Source of the DNA: Clostridia bacterium
GTDB lineage: Bacteria > Bacillota > Clostridia > TANB77 > CAG-465
Direction of reading: 5' to 3'
DNA length: 64,000 nucleotides
Assembly (NCBI GenBank): GCA_045536565.1
Contig: JAZSNU010000011.1
Span: 49,335 to 113,334 of the forward strand
In this document: piece by piece, positions 1 through 9,869 of the stretch
How positions within the stretch are numbered: position 1 is the first letter of the stretch
Layout: every line of letters starts with the position of its first letter
The notes under the pieces: model-generated
What the model was told of the DNA's origin: nothing
Databases searched by the model: none
Seen by the model: only the letters and a program-made list of their open reading frames with translations
Translations under genes and position numbers: made by a program

Positions 1-747
1 GAAAATAATATACCAATTACTATAATAGGAAATGGAAGTAAGTTGTTAGTTACTGATAAAGGAATCCGAGGAATAGTAATAAAAATAAGCAGTAAATTCA
101 GTAATTATACAATAGATGGCGAGTATGTAACTGCTTGTGCTGGAATGTCAATGCCTAAACTTTCAAGAATCGTTATGAAAGAAGGTCTTTCAGGTTTAGA
201 GTTTGCATGTGGAATACCAGGTGTATTAGGTGGCGGAATTAGAATGAATGCAGGTGCATATGGCTCTGAAATATCATCTGTATTAGTTAGGACAACATAT
301 ATTGATGATGAGCTAAATATAAAAACATTAGAACATGATGAGCACAATTTCTCATATAGATATAGTTATTTTAAGGATCATCCATCTTTCGTTATAATAT
401 CAGCAGAGTTTAAACTTGAAAGAAAAGATATTTCTAAAATAAAGGAAAAAATGGATGAAAATTCAAAATCTAGAAAAGAAAAACAACCACTTGAATATCC
501 TAATGCGGGAAGTACTTTTAAAAGACCAGATGGGTTTTATGTAGGAACAATGCTTGAAGAATTAGGACTTAAAGGGTATAGAGTTGGGGATGCAGAAATA
601 TCTACTAAACATGCTGGATTTATAGTAAATAGAGGAAATGCAACAGCAGCAGATGTAATGGCAGTTATAGAATATTCGAAAAATAAGGTTTATGAAAAAT
701 ATGGTGTAAAATTAGAAAATGAGATAGAAATAATTGGTGAAATGTAA
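1..747 (+). CDS. murB: UDP-N-acetylenolpyruvoylglucosamine reductase MurB, C-terminal part (5' end lies outside the window)
   Basis: The frame is open from base 1. MurB C-terminal motifs are present (PNAGSTFKRP, ISTKHAGFIVN). It ends at TAA 745-747. Confidence 0.75.
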   Translation, partial: ENNIPITIIGNGSKLLVTDKGIRGIVIKISSKFSNYTIDGEYVTACAGMSMPKLSRIVMKEGLSGLEFACGIPGVLGGGIRMNAGAYGSEISSVLVRTTYIDDELNIKTLEHDEHNFSYRYSYFKDHPSFVIISAEFKLERKDISKIKEKMDENSKSRKEKQPLEYPNAGSTFKRPDGFYVGTMLEELGLKGYRVGDAEISTKHAGFIVNRGNATAADVMAVIEYSKNKVYEKYGVKLENEIEIIGEM

Positions 748-787
748 AATAACGAAAGTAATTTATATAAGGAAAAGAGGATAAAAA

Positions 788-2368
788 ATGCGAGTATTAT
801 TAGAATGGCTTAGACCAGGAGTAAAAGTTAAAAGATATATATTGTTACAACTTGTATCAATATCAAGTTTAGTATATGCAATTTCAACACTTATAGCAAG
901 AGAAAATATGGCTTTTAGAACACTTATTGCATATATTGCATTAATTACAATAGCGTTGTTTTTAACAATCTATTCATTCATATTAGCACAAAGAAGTGTG
1001 CTTATGGCAACACTTAAAGGTCTAGCATATAAAGGAAAAAATGTAGATATTAGAAGATTGTTATACACAGAAAATGTACTAAAAAAAGGACCGAAGGTAG
1101 TAATTATTGGTGGTGGAAAAGGTTTATCTAATATATTAAGTGGATTAAAAGAATATACATCTAATATAACATCAATTGTATCAACATTTGATGATGGTGG
1201 AAGTACAGGAAGATTAATGGAGCAAATGGACATATTACCACCAGGGGATATTAGAAAATCTGTAATAGCATTATCAGAAGCAGGGCCTACTATGGAAAGT
1301 TTACTTACATATAGATTCCAAGGCGGAACAGTTGATAATCATTCACTAGGTAATCTATTTATAGCGGCACTTACTGAAATAACTGGAAGTTTCCCAGGTG
1401 CAATTCAAAAAATGTCAGATATATTCAATGTAAGAGGGAAAATATTACCTGTTACTATTGGTAAAGCCAAATTATGTGCTGGTTTAGAAAATGGTGAAAT
1501 AGTTGTTGGTGAAAATAATATTCGTCCAAGAGTGTTAGAATCAAAAAGTAAAATCAAACAAATATTTTTAAAAGATGGAGAGGTTACACCAGCAGATGGG
1601 GTAATAGAGAGTATAAGAAATGCAGATGTAATTGTAATTGGACCAGGTAGTCTGTATACTAGTGTTGCATGTAATTTCTTAGTTAGAGATTTAGGTAAAG
1701 CAGTTATTCAATCAAGAGCTAAAAAAATATTTATATCTAATCTTATGAATGAACCAGGAGAAACACTTGGTTATACACTTGCTAAGCATGTTAATGAAAT
1801 AGAAAGATACATTGGTAAACATGTAATAGATTATTGTATTTGTAACAATGGAGAAGTTACAAAAGAAATGATAAAAGACTTTAACCAAGGCGAATCAACA
1901 CCAGTTACAATGGATTTAGATAATATTAAAAATAGAGCAATATCTATAATTCAAGAGGATTTAGTGGTTACTGCTCCAAATAGTATATTACATGATAATC
2001 ACAGAGTATCTGAAATTATAATTGAAATAGCAAAGAGAAAAAAAGGTGGAAAATTAAATCTACTAAAAATAAAGAAAAAACACAAAGTAGTCGCTAAAAA
2101 GTTAAATAATAAAGCGGGTACAAGTAAATCAAAGAAAATAGAGGATATAAACATATCTGAAATAACAGCAAAAAAACATAAAGAGGCTATTAAAAAAGCA
2201 GAAACAAAAGTTGCTGCAAAAAGCAAAGTGAATGCACAAGTAAATAAAAAAACAGTTGCAACTAAGAATATTGATACAAAAAATACTGCTGATATAAAAG
2301 ATATAAAAGATGAAGTTAAAAAGATAACTTCAAAGAAAACAGCAGTAAAAACTGAAACAAATAAATAA
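788..2368 (+). CDS. YvcK/CofD-family gluconeogenesis factor with an N-terminal TM segment and a ~110 aa Lys-rich C-terminal extension
   Basis: RBS AGAGG precedes the ATG at 788. It has the VVIIGGGKGLSNIL glycine-rich motif and the LPPGDIRKS signature of the UPF0052/CofD family. The C-terminal tail is extremely K-rich with KKxxK repeats. Confidence 0.7.
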   Translation: MRVLLEWLRPGVKVKRYILLQLVSISSLVYAISTLIARENMAFRTLIAYIALITIALFLTIYSFILAQRSVLMATLKGLAYKGKNVDIRRLLYTENVLKKGPKVVIIGGGKGLSNILSGLKEYTSNITSIVSTFDDGGSTGRLMEQMDILPPGDIRKSVIALSEAGPTMESLLTYRFQGGTVDNHSLGNLFIAALTEITGSFPGAIQKMSDIFNVRGKILPVTIGKAKLCAGLENGEIVVGENNIRPRVLESKSKIKQIFLKDGEVTPADGVIESIRNADVIVIGPGSLYTSVACNFLVRDLGKAVIQSRAKKIFISNLMNEPGETLGYTLAKHVNEIERYIGKHVIDYCICNNGEVTKEMIKDFNQGESTPVTMDLDNIKNRAISIIQEDLVVTAPNSILHDNHRVSEIIIEIAKRKKGGKLNLLKIKKKHKVVAKKLNNKAGTSKSKKIEDINISEITAKKHKEAIKKAETKVAAKSKVNAQVNKKTVATKNIDTKNTADIKDIKDEVKKITSKKTAVKTETNK

Positions 2369-2402
2369 TTAATATTTAACATATGAAGAGGTAAGCAATA
2401 AT

Positions 2403-4232
2403 ATGAGTATATACAAAAAAGGTATTAATACACTAGATTCAGTAAGGAATTTAGAATATGTAATGTCTAATAATTCTGGTATATACATGAGTCAAGCCGT
2501 GATAGGTGAAAATGTGGCACCTTACCACGGCTTATTCATAAAACAGAATGAAAAACAAGATGAAATATATTTATCAAAATTAATAGAGCAAATAAAAATA
2601 GGTACTAAACTATACACGATTTCAGATTTGTGTACAAATGAAGAAAATTATGGTGGTGTAGAGTATTTAGAAAGTTTCGATAGGTACCCAGTACCAAGTT
2701 TTAAATATAATATAAATAGTGAGGTGTGTTTTGAAAAGACATATACCATGTCACCAGATAATGTACTTTGCATAAATTATGACATAGAAAATATGGGTAC
2801 AGAAAAGGTAAATATTAAGGTTTTACCACTTGCAAATAAAAGAAATATATTTAATCCTAAAAGAGAGAGCATGTTAAAATTAAATGCAGATAAAGTAGAA
2901 GATGGATGTAAGGTGACTTTAAGTATATTAGAAAAAAAATATCTGTATTTGAAAAGTTTAGAATCTAATTTTGTATTAAAGCCACACTATATAAATGGTA
3001 TAAATTATACATATAGTCTATCTAAGGATGATACAAAAACATATTTGGAGGATGTATATGTTCCTGGGTATTTTGAGTTTAATATAAAACCAAAATCAAA
3101 ATTTAATGTTAGTATATTTGTGTCTTTAAATGATATTGATATACTAAAAAAAGAATATAACCAAAGAATAATGTACAATAATCAAATAGAAAAAAATAAA
3201 ATGATGACTATTGGAATAGATGAAAATTTTTATGAATTAAAGCATCTTGCGCTTTCAGCAGGTGAGTTAAATTATATAGACAACGAGCAGAAAAAATTTG
3301 TGCTTTTAAATAGCATGCCAAATGTGTATAAAAACTCTGAGCATCTAAAACAAACTATAAAATCCATTCACGGTAACTATATCTTGTTAAACAGAAATAA
3401 AGAAGCATATAGGATATTAGATAGTATAAAATATAGGATAGAAAAGGAAAAAGAAGAATATACAAAAAAAGATTATTACGAGATACTTTTCATGTACATT
3501 GAAGCGTTAGCAAAATATTTTAATTTAGAGGTAGCATCGGCAAAAGAAAAAATTGATATTTACATGTATGTTAGAGAAAAGATAACAGAAATTTTAAATA
3601 ATGATAAAGATTTTAACATATTAGATGAAAGCTATATAGTAACAATAGATGATAAAAAATATCTAGCAGTTAATATCTATTGGTATAACGCACTTAAAAT
3701 ATATTTAAATATATCAGAGCCAAATGATGAATATGCATCCAAAGTATATGAAATAACAGAAAAGCTTAAAGATAATTTAATAGATGTTTTTTATGATGAT
3801 GAAAATAGAGTGCTAAAATATGAGGCATCAGAAGATGCATATGCAAGTTCAGATATGCTACTTGCAATGGATTTAAGTAATCCTTTAATACATGATAAAA
3901 TAGCAATGAAGGTTATAGATACTGCATTTAAAGAATTATACACACCGTATGGAATTAGAAATTTCTCAATAAAATCAGATAAGTATGATGGTTATGTTTA
4001 TCCATATCTCATGGCATCATTTGTAAATGGTAATTTAAGATTAAATGGTGTAACAAGGGCAAGTCAAAAAATAGCATATAATTTGGTAAAAGAATTACTT
4101 ATGGAAATAAACAAAAAGACAGTAGGTACAATTAAATATAGATATGATGAGAAAAGTAAAAAAGCATATGGAATGCCAATAAATTCACTAACAAATTCTG
4201 AGATAATTAGGTTATATAATATGCTTATATAA
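2403..4232 (+). CDS. Hypothetical 609-aa protein, possibly an amylo-alpha-1,6-glucosidase/GDE-like N-terminal domain
   Basis: Long ORF with an RBS. An N-terminal segment ...GENVAPYHGLFIK resembles the R-YHGLL motif of GDE_N-type proteins. I see no other recognisable motif. Confidence 0.35.
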   Translation: MSIYKKGINTLDSVRNLEYVMSNNSGIYMSQAVIGENVAPYHGLFIKQNEKQDEIYLSKLIEQIKIGTKLYTISDLCTNEENYGGVEYLESFDRYPVPSFKYNINSEVCFEKTYTMSPDNVLCINYDIENMGTEKVNIKVLPLANKRNIFNPKRESMLKLNADKVEDGCKVTLSILEKKYLYLKSLESNFVLKPHYINGINYTYSLSKDDTKTYLEDVYVPGYFEFNIKPKSKFNVSIFVSLNDIDILKKEYNQRIMYNNQIEKNKMMTIGIDENFYELKHLALSAGELNYIDNEQKKFVLLNSMPNVYKNSEHLKQTIKSIHGNYILLNRNKEAYRILDSIKYRIEKEKEEYTKKDYYEILFMYIEALAKYFNLEVASAKEKIDIYMYVREKITEILNNDKDFNILDESYIVTIDDKKYLAVNIYWYNALKIYLNISEPNDEYASKVYEITEKLKDNLIDVFYDDENRVLKYEASEDAYASSDMLLAMDLSNPLIHDKIAMKVIDTAFKELYTPYGIRNFSIKSDKYDGYVYPYLMASFVNGNLRLNGVTRASQKIAYNLVKELLMEINKKTVGTIKYRYDEKSKKAYGMPINSLTNSEIIRLYNMLI

Positions 4233-4249
4233 AGAAAAGAGGAAAAAGT

Positions 4250-4825
4250 ATGATAGTACTTGGGATAGATCCTGGTTTTGCAAGATTAGGTTATGGTATT
4301 ATTGATTATTCAAATAATAAATATAAAGTGATAGAATATGGAACAATATCTACCAAAGCAGGTGAACCATTAGAAGAAAGACTAAGAAAAATAAACCAAG
4401 ATTTAAATGAGATTATATCAAAGTATAAAATAGAGGCAGCATCTATTGAAGAACTGTTTTTCAATACTAATACAAAAACTGCTATACATGTTGCAGAAGC
4501 AAGGGGAGTAATTTTGTATACAATAGCAGCAGCAAATATACCAATTAATGAGTATACACCTCTTCAAGTAAAACAAGCATTAGTAGGATATGGTAGGGCA
4601 GATAAAAAACAAGTTATGGATATGGTAAAAAGGACATTAAAATTAGAACAAATGCCAAAGTTAGATGATACAACAGATGCATTAGCACTTGCCATATGTT
4701 ACATATATAGTTATAAATATGAAAGGTTTGATAAAAAAGGCGGAGGTAATAAATTAGAACTTTTAATAAAAGAATATGAAAATAAAGAAAAAAACAGGAT
4801 AAAAAAGAATTGTAAAGGTAAGTAA
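4250..4825 (+). CDS. ruvC: Holliday junction resolvase RuvC with a short Lys-rich C-terminal extension
   Basis: The N-terminus MIVLGIDPGFARLGYGII is the classic RuvC catalytic-Asp motif. RBS GAGGAAAAAG sits upstream. It is 191 aa against the usual ~165. Confidence 0.85.
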   Translation: MIVLGIDPGFARLGYGIIDYSNNKYKVIEYGTISTKAGEPLEERLRKINQDLNEIISKYKIEAASIEELFFNTNTKTAIHVAEARGVILYTIAAANIPINEYTPLQVKQALVGYGRADKKQVMDMVKRTLKLEQMPKLDDTTDALALAICYIYSYKYERFDKKGGGNKLELLIKEYENKEKNRIKKNCKGK

Positions 4826-4888
4826 CAGCAAGTCTAAAATAACATATAATACACTAAATAGATTAAAATTCTAGGAGGTGTATTTTTT

Positions 4889-5860
4889 ATGTCCTTAGGA
4901 CTTGCATTAAGTGGAGGTGGTGCAAAAGGAGCAGCACATATAGGTGTTATAGAAGCCTTAATGGATAATAATATAAAAATAGATTACATATCAGGAACAA
5001 GTAGTGGAAGTATAATAGCAGCAATCTATGCAGCAGGTTATACACCAAATGAGATGCTTAGGATAATAACAAAGGTGATGAAAAATGGTAGGATAATAGA
5101 TTACGATAGAGGGGTAGCCTTTAAACTAATGAGCGTACTATTTTCAAAAAAGATTAATCTTTCTGGCTTTATAAAAGGAGATAGGATTGAAAGAGTAATT
5201 AGAGAGTATATGAACATGAAAGGTATTAAAGATATATGTGATATTAAAATGCCACTTGCAATACCTATTGTAAATGTAAGAACAGGCGAAGTTGTATATT
5301 ATACAAATGATCCGGTAAGATTTGTGCAGGATAAAGAGGGTATTTTTAAAAGCATAGAAAATAATACATATATTGAAAATGAAGATGTTGTTCAAGAGAA
5401 AGCAAATATTAGTGATAAACATTATGATGATATTCCAGAATATAGGACAAAAGGTGATATAGCAGACATTGTTAGAGCAAGCATAAGTTTTCCTGGTGTA
5501 TTTAGACCAAAAAGAATAGATAATGAACTATATATTGATGGTGGAGTAAGGGTAAATACACCTGTAAATGTATTAAAAAGAATGGGGGCAGATAAAGTTA
5601 TTGCTGTTTCATTTGATTGCAACAAAATAGATAAAAATAATTTAAAAAATGTTATAGGAATAACAACACAGGCTTTTGATATATTAACACATGAAGCAAG
5701 TGAAAGTGAGCAAGATAATGCTGATATAAATATAAGAGTATGTGCAAAAAATATTTCTTTGCTTGATTTTTCGAAATCAGTTTTTTTAGCAAAAAAAGGA
5801 TATTATTTAGTAAATAATAATATAGAATATATAAAAAGCAAATTAGGAATAGAAATGTAA
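4889..5860 (+). CDS. Patatin-like phospholipase
   Basis: It has the oxyanion hole GLALSGGGAKGAAHIG, the nucleophile elbow GTSSGS (GxSxG) and a DGG motif carrying the catalytic Asp. RBS AGGAGG is upstream. Confidence 0.8.
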   Translation: MSLGLALSGGGAKGAAHIGVIEALMDNNIKIDYISGTSSGSIIAAIYAAGYTPNEMLRIITKVMKNGRIIDYDRGVAFKLMSVLFSKKINLSGFIKGDRIERVIREYMNMKGIKDICDIKMPLAIPIVNVRTGEVVYYTNDPVRFVQDKEGIFKSIENNTYIENEDVVQEKANISDKHYDDIPEYRTKGDIADIVRASISFPGVFRPKRIDNELYIDGGVRVNTPVNVLKRMGADKVIAVSFDCNKIDKNNLKNVIGITTQAFDILTHEASESEQDNADINIRVCAKNISLLDFSKSVFLAKKGYYLVNNNIEYIKSKLGIEM

Positions 5861-5943
5861 AAATAAGGGAATAATAAATTCATGATTTATCTTTCAAAAT
5901 ATAATAAATTTAATAGTTATATTAAAGAGGAGGAAGATAGTTT

Positions 5944-6492
5944 ATGAATACCATAGAAAGTTATGCAAAACTAAATGAGTTATGCGTTAATATGATACCG
6001 ATAGGAAAGTCAAAACTATTAGATGATGCGGATTATGATTTCTATTTTGCTATATCAGATATATTATCTAATCAAGTTGTAATGTCATCTGATAAAATAA
6101 TGCATCATTCTAAAACTTCTTGTTATAGACATATGTTTAATGTTGCATATTATAGTTATAAAATGTGTAAATTTTTAAAACTAGATTATGTTTCTGCTGC
6201 AAGAGGAGCAATGCTACATGATTTATATCTATATACATGGCATAAAGATCGCGGTGTTGTAATGGAACTTTTAAAAAGACATTTATGGGTACATCCTAAA
6301 ATAGCACTTGTAAATGCACTTAAAAACTTTGAACTCAATGATATTGAAAAAGATATTATTGCAAAACATATGTGGCCAGTTACTATTAAACTTCCTAAAT
6401 ATACAGAAACATTTATTGTGGGTATAGCAGATAAGTTTTGTTGTATTATGGAAATATTTCATGATATATTTAGAAGAAAAGATAAAAATTAA
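5944..6492 (+). CDS. HD-domain phosphohydrolase-like protein
   Basis: An H...HD-like signature (HMFNVAYY...MLHDLYLY) matches an HD/HDIG metal-dependent phosphohydrolase fold. RBS GAGGAGG is upstream. Confidence 0.5.
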   Translation: MNTIESYAKLNELCVNMIPIGKSKLLDDADYDFYFAISDILSNQVVMSSDKIMHHSKTSCYRHMFNVAYYSYKMCKFLKLDYVSAARGAMLHDLYLYTWHKDRGVVMELLKRHLWVHPKIALVNALKNFELNDIEKDIIAKHMWPVTIKLPKYTETFIVGIADKFCCIMEIFHDIFRRKDKN

Positions 6493-6581
6493 GATTAAGA
6501 TAAGAGAATATATATAATATATTTCCTTGTCTTATTTTTTAATCCATGATATAATGACAGCTATATTAAGGGAGGTAAGAT

Positions 6582-7463
6582 ATGTTTTTTTCAAAAATAA
6601 AAGAAACATTTACAAGTAAAATAAGTAATATATTTAGTTCAAATAAAGAGCTAGATGAAATAATAGATGAGATAGAGGAAACTTTGGTTTGTGCAGATAT
6701 TGGTGTAGAAACTGCCATGGAAATTTGTGACAATATAAGAAAGAAAGCAAAGGTTGAAAAGGATAAATCAGAAGAAATTATAAAAAATATACTAAGAGAA
6801 GAACTTATTAATATATTGGAACAAGCAAATGAAATAAAAGAAGAAAAGATAAGTGATAAAAAATGTATTCTTGTAGTTGGAGTAAATGGAGTGGGAAAAA
6901 CAACATCTATTGCTAAGATTGCTAACATGTATAAAGAGCAAGGTAAAAAAGTTTTATTGGTTGCAGGAGATACATTTAGAGCGGGTGCAGTAGAGCAACT
7001 ACAAATTTGGGCAGATAGATTAGATATACCTTGTATAACAGGAAAAGAAAATGCAGATCCATCTTCTGTTATGTTTGAAGGCTCTAAAATGTTCAAAGTA
7101 TCAGATTATGATATTTTAATATGTGATACTGCTGGAAGACTTCATAACAAAAAGAATTTAATGGATGAGCTTGATAAAATGAAAAGAACAATAGAAAAAA
7201 ATATCGATAGTAATATTATTGAAGTATATATGGTTTTAGATAGCACAACTGGACAAAATGGTGTGCAGCAAGTAAAAAGTTTCTATGAAAGAACAAGTAT
7301 TGACGGCATAGTATTAACAAAATTAGACAGTACAGCAAAAGGTGGAGTAGTATTTAGCATACTTAAAGAGTTAAATATACCAATTAAATATATTGGTACA
7401 GGAGAAAAAGTAGAGGATATAGCAGAGTTTAATGCTAAGGAATTTGTTGAAAGTATTGTGTAG
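6582..7463 (+). CDS. ftsY: Signal recognition particle receptor FtsY
   Basis: It has the SRP-GTPase NG domain: GVNGVGKTT P-loop, DTAGR, TKLD. At 293 aa it is the short Firmicute form without an A-domain. Confidence 0.85.
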   Translation: MFFSKIKETFTSKISNIFSSNKELDEIIDEIEETLVCADIGVETAMEICDNIRKKAKVEKDKSEEIIKNILREELINILEQANEIKEEKISDKKCILVVGVNGVGKTTSIAKIANMYKEQGKKVLLVAGDTFRAGAVEQLQIWADRLDIPCITGKENADPSSVMFEGSKMFKVSDYDILICDTAGRLHNKKNLMDELDKMKRTIEKNIDSNIIEVYMVLDSTTGQNGVQQVKSFYERTSIDGIVLTKLDSTAKGGVVFSILKELNIPIKYIGTGEKVEDIAEFNAKEFVESIV

Positions 7464-7468
7464 AATAG

Positions 7469-7507
7469 AACATCCTATCAAGTTTAAAGATAACTTGATA
7501 GGATGTT
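7469..7507. terminator. Bidirectional rho-independent terminator between ftsY (+) and engB (-)
   Basis: Perfect 16-bp inverted repeat aacatcctatcaagtt/aacttgataggatgtt around a 7-nt loop. Confidence 0.6.
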
Positions 7508-8062
7508 TAATATGTTTTCTACGCCTATTTTGTTTTCGCTAGAGAAAGCTACTATTTCACTATCTGCAAATAATCTTTTTCTAATTATTTGCATCATTTC
7601 TTCTGCTTTGGTTTTAGATAATTTGTCAGCTTTGTTTGCAACAATAGTACATGGTATTTGTTTTTCTGCTAGCCAATCGTACATGGCTCTATCATTTTCG
7701 GTAGGCTCATGTCTTATATCTACTAAAAAGAATATATGTCTAATATTTAAAGTTTTTTCTAAGAAGTTATTTGTTAATTTATTTATATTTTCTTTTTCTT
7801 TTAGTGACATTTTTGAAAAACCATAACCGGGAAGGTCAACTAAGTAAAATTCGTTGTTTATATTAAAGTAGTTTATACTTCTTGTTTTACCAGGATTACT
7901 ACCAACCTTTGCAAGTTTTTTGTTATTTGTAAGTGCATTTATAAAGGAAGATTTGCCAACATTAGATTTTCCAACCATAACAAAAGTAGGTAAGTCATCT
8001 TGTATTAAATCTTTATTGTTAAATATTGATTTTACAAATTTAGCATTTTTTAAATATTCCAT
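7484..8062 (-). CDS. engB: Ribosome biogenesis GTP-binding protein EngB/YsxC
   Basis: It has the P-loop GKSNVGKSS and DLPGYG (G3), with the length and architecture of the YihA/EngB family. Confidence 0.8.
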   Translation of the reverse strand: MEYLKNAKFVKSIFNNKDLIQDDLPTFVMVGKSNVGKSSFINALTNNKKLAKVGSNPGKTRSINYFNINNEFYLVDLPGYGFSKMSLKEKENINKLTNNFLEKTLNIRHIFFLVDIRHEPTENDRAMYDWLAEKQIPCTIVANKADKLSKTKAEEMMQIIRKRLFADSEIVAFSSENKIGVENILNILSSYL

Positions 8063-8069
8063 AGTTTTT

Positions 8070-8121
8070 TATCCTTTCAAAAAATATAGCTTTCAAATAT
8101 ATATAAGTTATACTTGAAAGC
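8070..8121 (-). terminator. Rho-independent terminator downstream of serS
   Basis: Hairpin gctttcaa...ttgaaagc at 8089-8121 followed on the minus strand by a T-run (plus-strand aaaaaa). Confidence 0.55.
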
Positions 8122-8140
8122 TATTATTTAATATACTTTA

Positions 8141-9421
8141 TTATTTTGCTTTTGGTAACTCTATCTTAGTTTTTCCACCCATATAAGGAACAAGTACATC
8201 TGGAATAGTTACTGTTCCATCTTCGTTTTGGTAGTTTTCTAAAATAGGGATTAAAATTCTAGGTGATGCAATAGCAGTATTGTTTAATGTGTAAACATAT
8301 TTTGTAGTGCCATCTTCATCTCTATATTTTATATTACTTCTTCTTGCTTGGAAATCATTAAATGATGAGCAAGAGTGAGTTTCTGAATATGCATTTCTAG
8401 AAGGCATCCAAGCCTCAATATCATGTTTCCTTATTTGTCCTATACCAATATCACCAGTACAAACTTGAACAACTCTATATGGTATTTTTAAATCTTGAAG
8501 AACTTCTTCTGAGTTGTTTAATAAGAAGTCGTGTATTTTGTATTGTTCATCACTATCAGCAGCACAAATAGCTACTTGTTCTATTTTAGTGAATTGATGC
8601 ACTCTATAAAGACCTCTTGTATCCTTACCATATGTACCTGCTTCTCTTCTAAAACAGTTAGAGTAACCAGCATAAAGGATAGGTAAGTCTTTTTTATCCA
8701 ATGTTTCACCGTTATGATAAGAAACAAGAGATACTTCTGATGTACCAACTAAGTATAACTCGTCTTCTGTTATTGCATAGGCTTGTTCTCTTCCAAGAGG
8801 GAAGTAACCTGTTCCTCTCATTGCAATATCTTTTACCATAACAGGTACAGTCATAGGGCAGAATCCTTTTGATACTAATTTATCTAGAACATATCTACAA
8901 ACAGCCATTTCTAAAAGTACAGCATCATTTTTTAAATAATATGTACGAGAACCAGCAATTTTTGAAGCATGTGCAAAATCCATTAAATCTAACATTTGAC
9001 CTAATTCTACATGGTCACGAGGTTCAAAATCAAATTTTCTAATTTCACCCCATGTTCTAAGTTCTACATTATCGTTTTCGTCTTTTCCGATTGGAACTTC
9101 TGGTAGAGTAGGATTTGGTACAGTAAGCATAATGCTATCAAACTCATCTTTTAGAGGTGCAACTTCTACTTCCATATTTGTTATTTGTTCTTTTAAACTT
9201 TTAACATAAGCAATTTTTTCTTGTTTTTCTTCGCTCGATAAGGATGGTATTAAGCTAGATAGCTTGTTCCTTTCTTCTTTTAATTCGTCTAGTTTTTGAT
9301 TAAGTAATTTTAACTGATTATCAACTTCAAGTAATCTGTCGATATCTACATTAAATAATTTGTCTTGTGCAGCTTTTTTTACAACATCTGCATTTTCTCT
9401 AATAAATTTTATATCTAACAT
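8141..9421 (-). CDS. serS: Seryl-tRNA synthetase
   Basis: N-terminal coiled-coil arm (MLDIKFIREN...) plus the class II core (FRREAGTYGKDTRGLYRVHQF motif 2, GDIGIGQ). 426 aa. Confidence 0.9.
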   Translation of the reverse strand: MLDIKFIRENADVVKKAAQDKLFNVDIDRLLEVDNQLKLLNQKLDELKEERNKLSSLIPSLSSEEKQEKIAYVKSLKEQITNMEVEVAPLKDEFDSIMLTVPNPTLPEVPIGKDENDNVELRTWGEIRKFDFEPRDHVELGQMLDLMDFAHASKIAGSRTYYLKNDAVLLEMAVCRYVLDKLVSKGFCPMTVPVMVKDIAMRGTGYFPLGREQAYAITEDELYLVGTSEVSLVSYHNGETLDKKDLPILYAGYSNCFRREAGTYGKDTRGLYRVHQFTKIEQVAICAADSDEQYKIHDFLLNNSEEVLQDLKIPYRVVQVCTGDIGIGQIRKHDIEAWMPSRNAYSETHSCSSFNDFQARRSNIKYRDEDGTTKYVYTLNNTAIASPRILIPILENYQNEDGTVTIPDVLVPYMGGKTKIELPKAK

Positions 9422-9564
9422 AATATTCCTCCTTAAATATACTACTTATTATATTATAATTATCCCAATATTTCAATTGTTTTATTAATTTAAAGATGAA
9501 AAAATAATGAATTTGAATAAAAAAATAATAATTACAAAAACTATTTATATATAATAGTGAAAGG

Positions 9565-9798
9565 ATGATAAAAATGAAAAGAAGAAAAGATAACGAATAT
9601 GATGGGAATTTAAAAATAAATTGTAATGTATCTACTTGTGCTCATAACTGTGTAGAGGATAGTACTTGTTTATTAAAAGAAATAAAAGTGGCTAGAATAA
9701 AGGCAGATGAAAGTGGAGATGCAGATAAAGACACAGCATGTCATAGTTACAAATACTTAGGACATGAAAATTCTAGTTTGGGTAATTTTAGAATGTAA
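9565..9798 (+). CDS. Small Cys-rich DUF1540-like protein
   Basis: 77 aa with the C-x-V-x-x-C-x-H-N ... C pattern (CNVSTCAHNCVEDSTC) typical of Firmicute DUF1540 proteins. Confidence 0.45.
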   Translation: MIKMKRRKDNEYDGNLKINCNVSTCAHNCVEDSTCLLKEIKVARIKADESGDADKDTACHSYKYLGHENSSLGNFRM

Positions 9799-9869
9799 AA
9801 ACTGAAAGAAAAGTGTAAAAAAATAGTGTAAGGATGTTAAAATTCCTTACACTTTTATATATTCATTTA

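Noticed and set aside
105-347. 80-aa minus-strand ORF inside murB
   Set aside because: It lies fully antisense within a well-supported coding region and has no RBS. It is a typical spurious AT-rich ORF.
970-2382. Minus-strand ORFs 970-1233 and 1999-2382 inside the yvcK gene
   Set aside because: They are antisense to a conserved gene. 1999-2382 is Phe/Ile-rich, being the complement of the Lys-codon-rich tail. Neither has a start context.
5144-5625. Two minus-strand ORFs inside the patatin gene
   Set aside because: Antisense overlap with a motif-supported CDS.
6566-7096. 176-aa Ser-rich minus-strand ORF overlapping ftsY
   Set aside because: Antisense to ftsY, whose NG-domain motifs are intact. 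Low-complexity Ser/Ile content is the complement of Glu/Asp/Ile-rich codons.
7503-8117. Plus-strand ORFs 7503-7826 and 7920-8117 overlapping engB
   Set aside because: Antisense to the EngB GTPase. No RBS.
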